From positions 3,332 through 67,331 of the forward strand of contig DAOMYX010000006.1 of NCBI GenBank assembly GCA_035437825.1: 64,000 nucleotides of DNA. The letters run 5' to 3'. The notes beneath the pieces are model-generated. The model was not told the origin of the DNA, made no database searches, and worked only from the letters and a program-made list of their open reading frames with translations. The position numbers and the translations under genes were made by a program. Source of the stretch: Alphaproteobacteria bacterium (GTDB lineage: Bacteria; Pseudomonadota; Alphaproteobacteria; Micavibrionales; UBA2020). Positions within the stretch are counted from its first letter, which is position 1, and each line of letters opens with the position of its first letter. Positions 38,139 to 47,612 of the stretch are shown here, one piece after another.

Positions 38139-38946
38139 AGGGCGGTTTTGTGAAACCTTTGGGCGAGAGGGTGAAAATTTCAAACCCCGTTTCGGTCACG
38201 GCAAGACTGTGTTCGAACTGCGCCGACAGGCTGCGGTCTTTGGTCACCGCCGTCCAGCCGTCGGACAGAATTTTGGTCTGCCAGGTGCCAGCGTTAATCA
38301 TCGGCTCGATGGTGAAAAACATGCCGGGCTGCAAAACAGTGCCCGTACCCGCGCGGCCGAAATGCAAAACCGACGGCGGCGCATGAAACACGCGGCCAAG
38401 CCCGTGACCGCAGAAATCGCGCACAACGGAAAAACGCTGCGCTTCGGCGTAGGACTGAATGGCATGGCCGACATCGCCCAGCGTTGCGCCGGGCTTCACG
38501 GCCTGAATGCCGCGCATCATCGCCTCGTACGTCGCATCGACCAGCAAACGCGCCTTCACCGGCACGTTTTCGCCGGCGTAGTACATGCGGCTTGTATCGC
38601 CGAACCAGCCGTCGATAATCACCGTGACGTCGATATTCAAAATATCGCCATCGACCAGTTTTTTATCGCCCGGAATGCCGTGGCACACGACGTGGTTGAT
38701 GGAAATGCACGATGCGTGCTGATAGCCCTTATACCCGACCGTCGCGGAAACCGCGCCGTGGTCGAGGATATATTGATGGATAAGCCGGTCAATTTCGCCC
38801 GTGGTCACGTCGGGCTTGACGTAGTCGGTGATGTAATCCAGAACTTCGGCCGCGAAACGGCCCGCCTTGCGCATGCCTTCGAAGGCCGCGGCATCGTGCA
38901 GCGGAATTCCGGTTTCAATCTCCAGGGCTTCTTCTTGATATGTCAA
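38131..38946 (-). CDS. map: type I methionine aminopeptidase
   Basis: CHGIP, DIVNIDVT-like ([15 protein letters not shown]), FCGHGLG, FTIEPM and FEHSLAVT are present. The proposed start is TTG 38946 (in frame, GGAAGAGAG RBS). The longest ORF to 39165 adds an implausible leader. Confidence 0.88.
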   Translation of the reverse strand: MTYQEEALEIETGIPLHDAAAFEGMRKAGRFAAEVLDYITDYVKPDVTTGEIDRLIHQYILDHGAVSATVGYKGYQHASCISINHVVCHGIPGDKKLVDGDILNIDVTVIIDGWFGDTSRMYYAGENVPVKARLLVDATYEAMMRGIQAVKPGATLGDVGHAIQSYAEAQRFSVVRDFCGHGLGRVFHAPPSVLHFGRAGTGTVLQPGMFFTIEPMINAGTWQTKILSDGWTAVTKDRSLSAQFEHSLAVTETGFEIFTLSPKGFTKPPYG

Positions 38947-39085
38947 ATCAATCTCTCTTCCTATCGGCTCTTCAGCCTGTAAAATGGCGGCAATCCGGCC
39001 AAAAAACAAGCGAAAAGCCGCCAAAACTGGTATCTTGCCGCGCAAAGCCGTTAAAATGCCCCTGAAAATGCAAGGAATAGCCCGC

Positions 39086-39838
39086 ATGTCCCAGCCGCAA
39101 TCCCCCACCGCCGCCATCTTGGTCATTGGCAACGAAATCCTGTCGGGCAGCACGCAGGACGCCAATATCGCCTATATCGGCAAGCACCTGAGCCAGCGCG
39201 GCGTGCGCGTGATGGAAGTGCGCGTCGTGGCCGACATCCCCGCCGCGATTATCAGCGCGGTCAATGCCCAGCGCGAAGCTTATACCTATGTCCTCACCAC
39301 CGGCGGCATCGGCCCTACGCATGACGACATCACGGCGGATTGTGTCGCCGCCGCTTTCGGCGCGCCTATCGATGTCCGCCCTGACGCCCGCGCCATTTTG
39401 CAGGCCTATTACGACGAACGTGGGGTGGAGCTGAACGACGCGCGCCTGCGCATGGCGCGCATCCCCGATGGCGCCACGCTTATCGACAACCCCGTCAGTG
39501 CCGCGCCCGGTTTTAAAATCGGCAATGTCTTCGTCATGGCGGGCGTGCCCAAAATCATGCAGGCCATGCTGCTGCATGTCGATACGATGATAGAAGGCGG
39601 CGCGCCCGTGCTGTCCAAAACCGTCGCCTGCAACCAAAAAGAGGGCGACATCGCCTTCGCCCTTGGCGATGTGCAGAAAAAATATGAAACGGTGGATATC
39701 GGCAGCTACCCCCGCGACGGGCAGAAGCCGAGCCTTTTGCTCATCCTGCGCGGCACGGACGCGCCCGCGCTGGAGGCCGCCGCAAACGACGTCGCCGCCC
39801 TTGTGCGCGCCCGCGGCGAAGAGCCCGCCGTCAGCTGA
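39086..39838 (+). CDS. CinA-like molybdopterin-binding (MoCF_biosynth) domain protein
   Basis: AAILVIGNEILSGSTQDANIAYIGKHL and VLTTGGIGPTHDDIT are present. The start was re-picked at ATG 39086. Confidence 0.8.
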   Translation: MSQPQSPTAAILVIGNEILSGSTQDANIAYIGKHLSQRGVRVMEVRVVADIPAAIISAVNAQREAYTYVLTTGGIGPTHDDITADCVAAAFGAPIDVRPDARAILQAYYDERGVELNDARLRMARIPDGATLIDNPVSAAPGFKIGNVFVMAGVPKIMQAMLLHVDTMIEGGAPVLSKTVACNQKEGDIAFALGDVQKKYETVDIGSYPRDGQKPSLLLILRGTDAPALEAAANDVAALVRARGEEPAVS

Positions 39839-39857
39839 AGCGAGAGAGGAAAACGCC

Positions 39858-40316
39858 ATGAGCCATAGCCACGCGCACGACACCAAAGAGCACCTGCTCG
39901 CCTACGCCGAAAAGCGTGCGGGCGCGATGAAACAGCGATGGACGTCAACGCGGGCGGAAGCTTATGACGCGCTGCTCGACCATGACGCGCCGATTACGGC
40001 CTACGCGCTTTTGGAATATCTGTCCAACCGGCATGCACGCGACATTAAACCCGCCAGCGTTTACCGCGCGCTCGAAGCGCTTTGCGATATCGGCGTTGTG
40101 GTGAAAATCGAAAGCCTGAACGCGTTTCGCGCCTGCCGCCACCCGCAGGAAGACCACCAGCATGTGTTTCTGGTCTGCGACACCTGCGGCCATACCGACG
40201 AAATCGCCGACCACGGCATCGGCCGCCGCCTGACGCAGGAAGCCGCCGTGCACGGTTTCGAAACCGCACGGCAGGTGCTGGAGCTGCACGGGCTCTGCGG
40301 CGACTGCCGCAAATAA
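39858..40316 (+). CDS. Fur-family metalloregulator (Zur-like)
   Basis: 152 aa with a DNA-binding wHTH (SVYRALEALCDIGVV), HQHVFLVCDTCGH and a C-terminal CGDC. The start is ATG 39858. Confidence 0.8.
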   Translation: MSHSHAHDTKEHLLAYAEKRAGAMKQRWTSTRAEAYDALLDHDAPITAYALLEYLSNRHARDIKPASVYRALEALCDIGVVVKIESLNAFRACRHPQEDHQHVFLVCDTCGHTDEIADHGIGRRLTQEAAVHGFETARQVLELHGLCGDCRK

Positions 40317-40374
40317 AACTCTGGCGACTGCCGCAAATAAAATTCTGGCGACTGCTGCAAGTAAAACGCTGGCC
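40295..40374. repeat. 24-nt tandem repeat x3 spanning the stop codon of the Fur-family gene
   Basis: CTG(CG)GCGACTGCCGCAAATAAAACT, CTGGCGACTGCCGCAAATAAAATT and CTGGCGACTGCTGCAAGTAAAACG are followed by a partial CTGGC. Confidence 0.85.
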
Positions 40375-40388
40375 ATGCGCCTTTTAAG

Positions 40389-40429
40389 CCCCCGTCATAC
40401 CGGCCTGCGCCGGTATGACGAATAGGGGG
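40389..40429. repeat. single REP-like palindromic unit
   Basis: CCCCC-GTCATACCGG-cctgcg-CCGGTATGAC-gaata-GGGGG has the same core (ACCGGCCTGCGCCGGT) as the elements at 17.9 kb and 62.5 kb. Confidence 0.65.
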
Positions 40430-40457
40430 ATGCAGATTTAAAAAGCGCGCGCCTAAA

Positions 40458-41189
40458 TCACTTATCCGCGCAGGGAAAGCTGGCGGAGCAAGCAGAGCAG
40501 GTATAATCGACCAGCTTTTGCAAATTGTCGATTTCGACCGTCGCACCGCGCACGCGGATGCCGGTTTCTTCGCGCAGTTTTGCCAGCGCACGCGAAAATG
40601 TTTCCGGCTGCATGCCAAGGCGGTGCGCCACCACCGTTTTATCATAGGGCAAGTGCAGCACAACCGGCCCCGCATTGTCGCCGCGGCAGAATTTCAGCAA
40701 AAAACAACCGATACGCTGCGGCGCGCTTTGCACGGTGCGGTGTTCAATCTCCATATCGCGCTGCAGGCGCTGGCGCGTCATGTTTTGCACAACCGCCATG
40801 CCGAACAAACTGTTGCGCATGATTTCTTCGGCCAGCAAAAACCGCGGGATGGAAACAATCTCCGCATCCTCGACCACCTCGGCGCCATAAGGCATTTCGT
40901 CATGGCCGGAAAGGCCGAACTCGCCAAAAAATCCGCCGCTGCTCAGAACGTCCGTCACAGCTTCGTCGCCTGCCAGCGTTTCGCGGAACAGCTTCACCCA
41001 GCCCGACAGCACCAGATAGATTTTTTCATTGGGCGCTTCGGCTGAAAACAGCACCGTGCCTTTTTTCTCGCGTTTCAATGCCGCATATTCGGCAAGCCCA
41101 GCCAGCGCGTCATCGCTCAGCGGCTTGAACAAAGCCTGTCTTCTGAGGTGGCTCAGCACCATACTTTTTTGTGCGGAAACGGGGAGCAT
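40458..41189 (-). CDS. Crp/Fnr-family transcriptional regulator
   Basis: 243 aa with a cNMP-binding-like beta-roll and a C-terminal HTH (TVVAHRLGMQPETFSRALAKL). It has no N-terminal Cys cluster and ends in CSACSASFPCADK. Confidence 0.85.
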   Translation of the reverse strand: MLPVSAQKSMVLSHLRRQALFKPLSDDALAGLAEYAALKREKKGTVLFSAEAPNEKIYLVLSGWVKLFRETLAGDEAVTDVLSSGGFFGEFGLSGHDEMPYGAEVVEDAEIVSIPRFLLAEEIMRNSLFGMAVVQNMTRQRLQRDMEIEHRTVQSAPQRIGCFLLKFCRGDNAGPVVLHLPYDKTVVAHRLGMQPETFSRALAKLREETGIRVRGATVEIDNLQKLVDYTCSACSASFPCADK

Positions 41190-41236
41190 ATTACGCGCTA
41201 TTATTGTTAATCATTTGCTGTAATCATCGCCATTTC

Positions 41237-41250
41237 TTGACTTTTATCAA
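41237..41250. promoter_or_regulatory. FNR/FixK-type box TTGACTTTTATCAA in the divergent fnr-ompW intergenic region
   Basis: It matches TTGAT-N4-ATCAA in 9 of 10 half-site positions. It lies about 50 nt from the fnr start and about 80 nt from the ompW start. Confidence 0.55.
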
Positions 41251-41328
41251 GCGAAATTTTTGATGCGGGTCAAGGTGCGCAGACGATGGAATCGCTATGG
41301 TGATGACAAAAAACAGAAAGGATTCATC

Positions 41329-41946
41329 ATGCCCCCCCGTCTTCTTCCCCTCGCTGCCCTTCTCTGCGGCACGTTTCTGGCCGCCACCCCCGCCAAGGCC
41401 GAGTTTGACCCGCACGACTGGCAGCTGCGCCTACGCGCCATCAACGTTTCGCCCGACGAAGACAGCACCACGTCGCTGGGCGGCCGCGTCAGCGCAGACG
41501 GCGCCGTGATGCCGGAGCTGGATATTACCTATTTCCTCAACGACAATTTCTCGCTGGAACTTATCCTTGCGACGACCAAACACGACATGGCGCACCGCGG
41601 CCCGAACCTCGACCTCGGTTCCGTCTGGGTATTGCCGCCGACGCTGACTGCGCAATACCGCTTTAACAACGAAACGCCCTTCGTGCCCTATGTCGGCGCG
41701 GGCATTAACTACACCATTTTCTACAACGCCGACAGCGGCGCCGCCGCCGACGTCAAATACGACAACGGCTTTGGCTATGCCCTGCAAGCAGGCTTTGACT
41801 ACAAACTTGATGAAAACTGGAGCCTCAACATGGACGTGAAGAAAATCTTCCTCAACGTCGATGCGCGCGTCACCGGCCCTGCCGCAACCGCCGATGTTGA
41901 CCTTGACCCGTGGGTCTTCGGCGCGGGCGTCGGCTACCGTTTCTAA
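41329..41946 (+). CDS. ompW: OmpW-family outer membrane protein
   Basis: A signal peptide (LLPLAALLCGTFLAATPAKA) is followed by OmpW-like beta strands (LRLRAINVSPDEDS..., GAGVGYRF C-terminus). The start is ATG 41329. Confidence 0.85.
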   Translation: MPPRLLPLAALLCGTFLAATPAKAEFDPHDWQLRLRAINVSPDEDSTTSLGGRVSADGAVMPELDITYFLNDNFSLELILATTKHDMAHRGPNLDLGSVWVLPPTLTAQYRFNNETPFVPYVGAGINYTIFYNADSGAAADVKYDNGFGYALQAGFDYKLDENWSLNMDVKKIFLNVDARVTGPAATADVDLDPWVFGAGVGYRF

Positions 41947-41961
41947 AAACCGCCGCACACA

Positions 41962-41999
41962 CAAAACCGCCCTGTATCAAACAGGGCGGTTTTTGTTTT
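41962..41999. terminator. bidirectional intrinsic terminator (ompW / hemN)
   Basis: 10-bp stem ACCGCCCTGT/ACAGGGCGGT with flanking A and T runs. Confidence 0.8.
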
Positions 42000-42007
42000 G
42001 CGTTTTA

Positions 42008-43366
42008 TTAAGCCGCCTGCACATGCCGCTTCGGCGCATCCGTGAAATAGGCATCGAAACGCGCGGCCAGCACACGCACCATCTGGCGCGCTTCCGGCAA
42101 AACCGACACCCGCCGCCCGTCGATGACGGCAAGGCCATCGGCACAAAGACCGGAAAGACCGGCAATCACATCGTCGAAATCCCCTGCGCTGCGGCCATGC
42201 GCCCCCAGAATCGCGCCGACATCCGCCGCAAGATAGCACATCAAATCGCTGATGATTTCACCGCGCAAGGAATCTTCCGCGTTGATTTCGCAGCCGCGGG
42301 CAGCGGGCATTTGCCCCGCCAGCACCGCCTCGCTATAGGCCGTGATATGCGCGGCATTCTGCACAAACCCCTGCGGCAGGCGCCCGATGGACGACAGCCC
42401 GAAGCCCAGCAGCACGGGCGCGCTGTCGGTGGTATAGCCTTGAAAATTCCGCGCGAGTTTTTTGCCATCCCGCGCCGCAATCATGTCGTCGCCCGCCATG
42501 CAGAAATGGTCAAGCCCAACGGCCGCCATGCCGGCTGCCAGCATAACCTCTTCCGCCGCCGCGAACTGGTCAAGACGCAAGCCGGCATCCGGCAAATCTT
42601 CATCTTTAATCAGGCGCATGTGTTTTTTCATCCACGGCACATGCGCATAGCCGAAAAGCGCGACGCGCTGCGGCGACAATGTCATCGCCAGCCGCGCGGT
42701 TTCCGCCGCATCGCCGAGCATCTGGCGCGGCAGGCCATACATCAAATCGAAATTCAGCTTGTTAATACCAAATGCGCGCAGTTTTTCCGCGGCGCGCGCA
42801 ACAACGTCATAAGACTGCGGGCGGTTGATAGCCGCCTGCACGGCGGGCGAAAAATCCTGTATGCCAAAACTGGCGCGGTTCACGCCCATGGCCGCATAAT
42901 TTTCCGCCCTGTCATGGGTGATGCCGCGCGGGTCGGCCTCGATGGCGATTTCGGCATCTGCCGTTACATCAAATAGCGCCCGCAGCGTTTGCATGATGCG
43001 CGTAAAATCCTCCGGATGCAGCATGCTGGGCGAGCCGCCGCCGAAATGGATATGCGAAACCGAAAGCCGCGCGGGCAGCTGCGCTGCCACCATTTTCATT
43101 TCACGCAAAAGCAGCGACACATAATCTTCAACAGGTGCATAGCGCTTTGTCGCCGTGGTATGGCAACCGCAATACCAGCACATTTCCGTGCAAAACGGCA
43201 CATGAATATAAACCGAAACCGCCCCCGCGGCTGCGTCCAGCGTTTGCAGCCACGGCACATAACCCGCCGCATCCATTTCATTGAAATGCGGCGCGGTCGG
43301 ATAGCTGGTGTAGCGCGGCACCTGCGCGTTATAGGCGAGGATTTTTTGTTTCAGCGCGGCGTCCAT
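42008..43366 (-). CDS. hemN: oxygen-independent coproporphyrinogen III oxidase (radical SAM)
   Basis: PRYTSYPTAPHF and YIHVPFCTEMCWYCGCH (CxxxCxxC) are present. The start was re-picked at ATG 43366, 1 nt after the ccoS stop. Confidence 0.9.
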   Translation of the reverse strand: MDAALKQKILAYNAQVPRYTSYPTAPHFNEMDAAGYVPWLQTLDAAAGAVSVYIHVPFCTEMCWYCGCHTTATKRYAPVEDYVSLLLREMKMVAAQLPARLSVSHIHFGGGSPSMLHPEDFTRIMQTLRALFDVTADAEIAIEADPRGITHDRAENYAAMGVNRASFGIQDFSPAVQAAINRPQSYDVVARAAEKLRAFGINKLNFDLMYGLPRQMLGDAAETARLAMTLSPQRVALFGYAHVPWMKKHMRLIKDEDLPDAGLRLDQFAAAEEVMLAAGMAAVGLDHFCMAGDDMIAARDGKKLARNFQGYTTDSAPVLLGFGLSSIGRLPQGFVQNAAHITAYSEAVLAGQMPAARGCEINAEDSLRGEIISDLMCYLAADVGAILGAHGRSAGDFDDVIAGLSGLCADGLAVIDGRRVSVLPEARQMVRVLAARFDAYFTDAPKRHVQAA

Positions 43367-43367
43367 G

Positions 43368-43514
43368 TTACACGTCCTCTTCGTCTTGCAAAATGCGGCT
43401 GGCGGCGCCTTCGGGGTCGTCGAACTGTCCGGATTTAAGCGCCCACATAAAAATACCCAGCCACGCGCCGCCCATCGCCAGCGCCAGCGGGATAAGCCAG
43501 ACAAGAATATCCAT
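43368..43514 (-). CDS. ccoS: cbb3 oxidase maturation protein CcoS/FixS
   Basis: 48 aa, MDILVWLIPLALAMGGAWLGIFMWALKSGQFDDPEG. Its ATG overlaps the ccoI stop (TGATG). Confidence 0.8.
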   Translation of the reverse strand: MDILVWLIPLALAMGGAWLGIFMWALKSGQFDDPEGAASRILQDEEDV

Positions 43515-45676
43515 CACCGCCCCCCTTTGCGCAGTCTGAGCGCATTGCCGACAACCAAAAGCGATGACAGCGACATCGACACCGCCGCCACCAGCGGGGT
43601 GACAAAACCCAGCACGGCCAACGGCACGGCAATCACGTTGTAAACTATCGCAAGGCCAAAGCTTTCGCGCACCACGCTCTGCGTTCGCCGCGCCATGCAC
43701 AGCGCCTCGGCAACCGAAGCGACGCCCGGTCTCTGATACACGATATCGGCCGCGTTCTGCGCGATATCCAGCGCCGATGACGGCGACATCGATACATCCG
43801 CACGGCTGAGCGCCGCCGCATCATTGAGCCCGTCGCCCACCATCAAAACGCGGTGACCGGCTGCGGCGGCCATATCAATCCATTCGTATTTCTCGCGCGG
43901 GTCCACGCCGCCGCGCCAGATGTCGATGCCGGCCTTTTCGGCAATGGCGCGCACAACTTCGGGTCTGTCGCCCGACAGCAGAACAACGCGGCAGGTTTTT
44001 TTGATACGCGCCACAGTGGCCGCCGCATCCTTATGCAGCAGATCGCTGAAAACAAGACGCACGGGCGCGCTGCCCGCTTCACCGAACCACAGCTCCATTT
44101 TTTCATCTTCGGCATTTTCTGAAACACCCAGAAAACGCGCGGAGCCGAGACGTTGCCAGCGCCCATCCGCCAGCAGGACTTCCATGCCCTGCCCCTCTTT
44201 TTCGCTTGCGCCTTCGGCTGGCTTTACCGGCACCGCTACCGCCAGCGCACGCGCAAGCGGGTGGCGGCTGGCGCTTGCAAGGGCAGAGGCGGCGCGCAGC
44301 GTGTTTTCATCGACCGCCTGCGCGTTTTCAAAAACAATCTGCCCCGTGGTCAGCGTGCCTGTCTTGTCAAAAATAACGGTATCCACTTTTTCAAGCCGCT
44401 CCAGCGCATCGGCGGATTTCAAAAACATACCGCGGCGGAAAAGCCAGCTGCCCGCCATCACCTGCGCTACCGGCACCGCAAGACCCAGCGCGCAGGGGCA
44501 GGTAATAATCAAAACGGTTATCGCCGTCAGCAGCGCTGTTTGCCACGCCGCGCCTGTCCACATCCAGCCGATGAAGGTGAGCAGCGCCAGCGCATGCACC
44601 ACCGGCGTGTACCAGCACGCCACGCGGTCCGCGATGCGCACATAGCGCGCGCCGCCCTGCTCGGCTTTTTGCATCAGGGTGATGATATCGCCAATCAGGC
44701 TGTCATTCTGCGTTTTTTCGATACGCACATGCAGCGGCTGCCCCAGATTGACCATGCCCGCCTTGAGCGCGCCCCCTGCCGCCACAATTTGCGGCAGCGT
44801 TTCGCCCGTAAGGGCGGAGGCATCCATCACCGCTTCTTCTTCTGCCGTGCCATCGGCCAGCAACCGCTCCCCCTTCGCCAGATGCAAACGCATGCCCGGC
44901 GCGAGGTCTTCCGCGGGCACGCGGCGCGTGCCGCCGTCTTCTGCGACATGCGCGGTGCCCTGCATCATTTTCAAAAGGTCGGACGCCGCGCCGCGTGCGC
45001 GTGCGCGCATGCGTGCATCCAGATAACGCCCGATAAGCAGCAGGAAAAGCAGCATCGCCACTGAATCGAAATAAACATGGTCGGCGCCCGCCATCGCTTC
45101 GTGCAGGCTGACGACGGAGGCCAGCACCAGCGCCACCGAAATCGGCACATCCATATTGGTACGCCCGCGCGAAACTGCCTGCCAGGCGGAGCGGAAAAAG
45201 GGCCCGCCCGCATAAATAACCGTCGGCAGGGTTATCAGGGCGGAATACCAATGCATCATGATGCGCGTCGGCGCGCCCATGGATTCGGGCGGCGTAAACC
45301 ACAGCGCCAGCGAAAAAGCCATCAGGTTACCAACCGTAAAACCGGCAACGGCGATGCAGCGCGTCAGGTAGCGCAGCTGCGCCGTCTCTTCGCTTTGCTG
45401 TTTTTCCACAGGCAGGAAACGAAAGCCCAGCGCCTCCGCCTTTGCCAATATCGCGCCGCCGTCGGCGGGGGCGCCCTGCCATGCCAGCGAGAGGCGTTTT
45501 TCTGTCACGTTGATGCGCGCCTCCACCCCTTCGGCGCGCAGCGCTTTTTCGATTTTAAAGGCGCAGCCGGCGCAGTGCATCCCCTCCACAATCAGGCGCA
45601 GGCGACAAACGCCGCCTGCATCCGCGCTGACGTGGCGGGTATAATCGACGGCAGCCGTTTGCAGCGGGGCGTTCAT
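43514..45676 (-). CDS. ccoI: copper-translocating P-type ATPase CcoI/FixI
   Basis: 720 aa with an N-terminal HMA (GMHCAGC), CPC (ITCPCALG), DKTGTLT and GDGLNDA. Confidence 0.9.
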   Translation of the reverse strand: MNAPLQTAAVDYTRHVSADAGGVCRLRLIVEGMHCAGCAFKIEKALRAEGVEARINVTEKRLSLAWQGAPADGGAILAKAEALGFRFLPVEKQQSEETAQLRYLTRCIAVAGFTVGNLMAFSLALWFTPPESMGAPTRIMMHWYSALITLPTVIYAGGPFFRSAWQAVSRGRTNMDVPISVALVLASVVSLHEAMAGADHVYFDSVAMLLFLLLIGRYLDARMRARARGAASDLLKMMQGTAHVAEDGGTRRVPAEDLAPGMRLHLAKGERLLADGTAEEEAVMDASALTGETLPQIVAAGGALKAGMVNLGQPLHVRIEKTQNDSLIGDIITLMQKAEQGGARYVRIADRVACWYTPVVHALALLTFIGWMWTGAAWQTALLTAITVLIITCPCALGLAVPVAQVMAGSWLFRRGMFLKSADALERLEKVDTVIFDKTGTLTTGQIVFENAQAVDENTLRAASALASASRHPLARALAVAVPVKPAEGASEKEGQGMEVLLADGRWQRLGSARFLGVSENAEDEKMELWFGEAGSAPVRLVFSDLLHKDAAATVARIKKTCRVVLLSGDRPEVVRAIAEKAGIDIWRGGVDPREKYEWIDMAAAAGHRVLMVGDGLNDAAALSRADVSMSPSSALDIAQNAADIVYQRPGVASVAEALCMARRTQSVVRESFGLAIVYNVIAVPLAVLGFVTPLVAAVSMSLSSLLVVGNALRLRKGGR

Positions 45677-46179
45677 TCAAACACCATGCGTTTGCTGTAT
45701 TGGTATGCGCCCTTTGGCGTCGTGGCCAGCACGCGCACTTCCCAAAGCCCGCGCGCAAGCGATTTTGCATCATAGCGCAAGGCACCTGCGGCATCCGCCG
45801 TCATATCACCACGCACATCGCCGCGCGCATCTGCGGGGCGGAAAAACCAGACCGCCGCCGCCGTTACCTGCACAGGCAAGCCCGCCGCGTCCTTGAGCGT
45901 GAAGACGACGTCGTCGCCCGCCCGCGCCAGCGACGGCGCGTAGCCCCAGGCATTTTGCGCATCGGCCTGATGGATGGTTTCGTTATACGCAAGGCCTTTT
46001 TTATAGGCATCGTCCGTCACCGTGCCCGTATGCGTGCTCAGCGCTATCCATGTAAACGTCCCAAGCACGCAGGTTATACATACGAAAAACAGCACAATGT
46101 ACCAGGGTATCCATTTATCCGACGGCCGCGGCCCCGCAGGCGGCGGTGTTGTTTGCGCATTTTTCAAAGCAGACATCAC
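45673..46179 (-). CDS. ccoH: FixH/CcoH family protein
   Basis: 168 aa with a single TM (WIPWYIVLFFVCITCVLG) and DDAYKKGLAYN. Its position between ccoG and ccoI fits the call. Confidence 0.75.
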   Translation of the reverse strand: MMSALKNAQTTPPPAGPRPSDKWIPWYIVLFFVCITCVLGTFTWIALSTHTGTVTDDAYKKGLAYNETIHQADAQNAWGYAPSLARAGDDVVFTLKDAAGLPVQVTAAAVWFFRPADARGDVRGDMTADAAGALRYDAKSLARGLWEVRVLATTPKGAYQYSKRMVFE

Positions 46180-47612
46180 ATTGCCCCCGCGCTGATAAAG
46201 ACGGTTTCCATGTCCGCCGCATTGCTTTCTTTTTCCGCATCAAGATACAGGGTGATTTCGTGGCGCTGCCGGCGCGCGGCCTCAGCGGTGGGCGCGACCA
46301 GCATGATACGGAACGTGCCGACGCTGTCCGCCAGCACCTGCAAATCATCGACGCTGACGCCGCCGGGTCCGGCCACACTCACCGTGCGCGGCGCAATCCC
46401 CTCCACGCGCAGGCGGAACGAAAGGTCGTCGTGCGTTTTATTGATGACTTTGATGGTATAGGTATTGCGGATATCGCCGTTCGACAGGCGCACATAAAGC
46501 GGGTTGCGGTCGTGTATCACGCTCATCTCGACCGCGCTGCGCGACAAAAAGGCGAAAAGCATGATGGCGCTTATCACCGTCATCACCGCGATATAATAAA
46601 ACGTGCGTGGACGCCAGATATCTATGCTGTCTTTATGCGGCATGCCCGTTTTATGCGCCAGCGTGCGTTTTTCGTAGTTGCGCTGGGTGTCATAGCGGAT
46701 AAGCCCTTGCGGCAATTCCATTCTGTCCATGACATCGTTGCAGGCATCGACGCAAAGCCCGCAGGCGATGCAATCCATCTGAAGCCCGTTGCGAATGTCG
46801 ATACCCATGGGGCAGACGATGACGCATTGCGTGCAGTCGATGCAATGCCCGTGGCCTTCCCAGCTGGTGCCTTGTTTATGTTTGCCGCGCGGCTCCCCCC
46901 GCTCGCGGTCATAGCCGATAATCAGCGTATCCTTGTCGAACATCGCCGATTGAAAACGCGCGTAGGGGCACATATAGGTGCAAACCTGTTCACGCGCGTA
47001 GCCCGCCATAATGTAGGTGGAGGCCGTGAGCCCCAAAATCCAGCTGCCTGCCATCCATGAAACGTCGAAATGGATGATTTGTTCAAACAGGGTCGGCGCA
47101 TCGACAAAATAAAAAACCCACGCACCGCCTGTGCAAAGCGCGATGGCAACCCACAGGATATGCGTGAGCGTTTTTTTCCACACTTTTTCAAACGACAGCG
47201 GCGATTTATCCAGCTTCATGCGTGCATTGCGGTCGCCCTGCACCCAGTTTTCGACCGCAACGAACAAATCCGTCCAGACCGTCTGCGGGCAGGCATAGCC
47301 GCACCAGACGCGCCCCAAAAGACTGGTCACGAAAAAAAGCCCGACAGCGCCCAGCACCATCAGCCCCGCAAAAAAGTAAACTTCCTGCGGCCACAGCTCG
47401 ATATTAAAAAAATACGCGCGGCGGGCGGGCATGTCGATAAGCACCGCCTGCGACGGTGCATGCGGCCCGCGGTCCCAACGTATCCACGGCACGAGGTAAT
47501 AGATAGCCAGCAAAACGCCCATCGCCAGCCACTTGAGCCGGCGATAGCGCCCCTTCACGCTGCGGGGGTATATCTTTTTCTGTTTTTCGAAATAGACGAT
47601 GTCGTCACTCAT
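46176..47612 (-). CDS. ccoG: cbb3 oxidase accessory 4Fe-4S protein CcoG/FixG
   Basis: Ferredoxin motifs CIDCTQCVIVCP and CIACGLCVDAC are present, as is the N-terminal IYPRSVKGRYRRLKW. The start was re-picked at ATG 47612. Confidence 0.9.
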   Translation of the reverse strand: MSDDIVYFEKQKKIYPRSVKGRYRRLKWLAMGVLLAIYYLVPWIRWDRGPHAPSQAVLIDMPARRAYFFNIELWPQEVYFFAGLMVLGAVGLFFVTSLLGRVWCGYACPQTVWTDLFVAVENWVQGDRNARMKLDKSPLSFEKVWKKTLTHILWVAIALCTGGAWVFYFVDAPTLFEQIIHFDVSWMAGSWILGLTASTYIMAGYAREQVCTYMCPYARFQSAMFDKDTLIIGYDRERGEPRGKHKQGTSWEGHGHCIDCTQCVIVCPMGIDIRNGLQMDCIACGLCVDACNDVMDRMELPQGLIRYDTQRNYEKRTLAHKTGMPHKDSIDIWRPRTFYYIAVMTVISAIMLFAFLSRSAVEMSVIHDRNPLYVRLSNGDIRNTYTIKVINKTHDDLSFRLRVEGIAPRTVSVAGPGGVSVDDLQVLADSVGTFRIMLVAPTAEAARRQRHEITLYLDAEKESNAADMETVFISAGAM

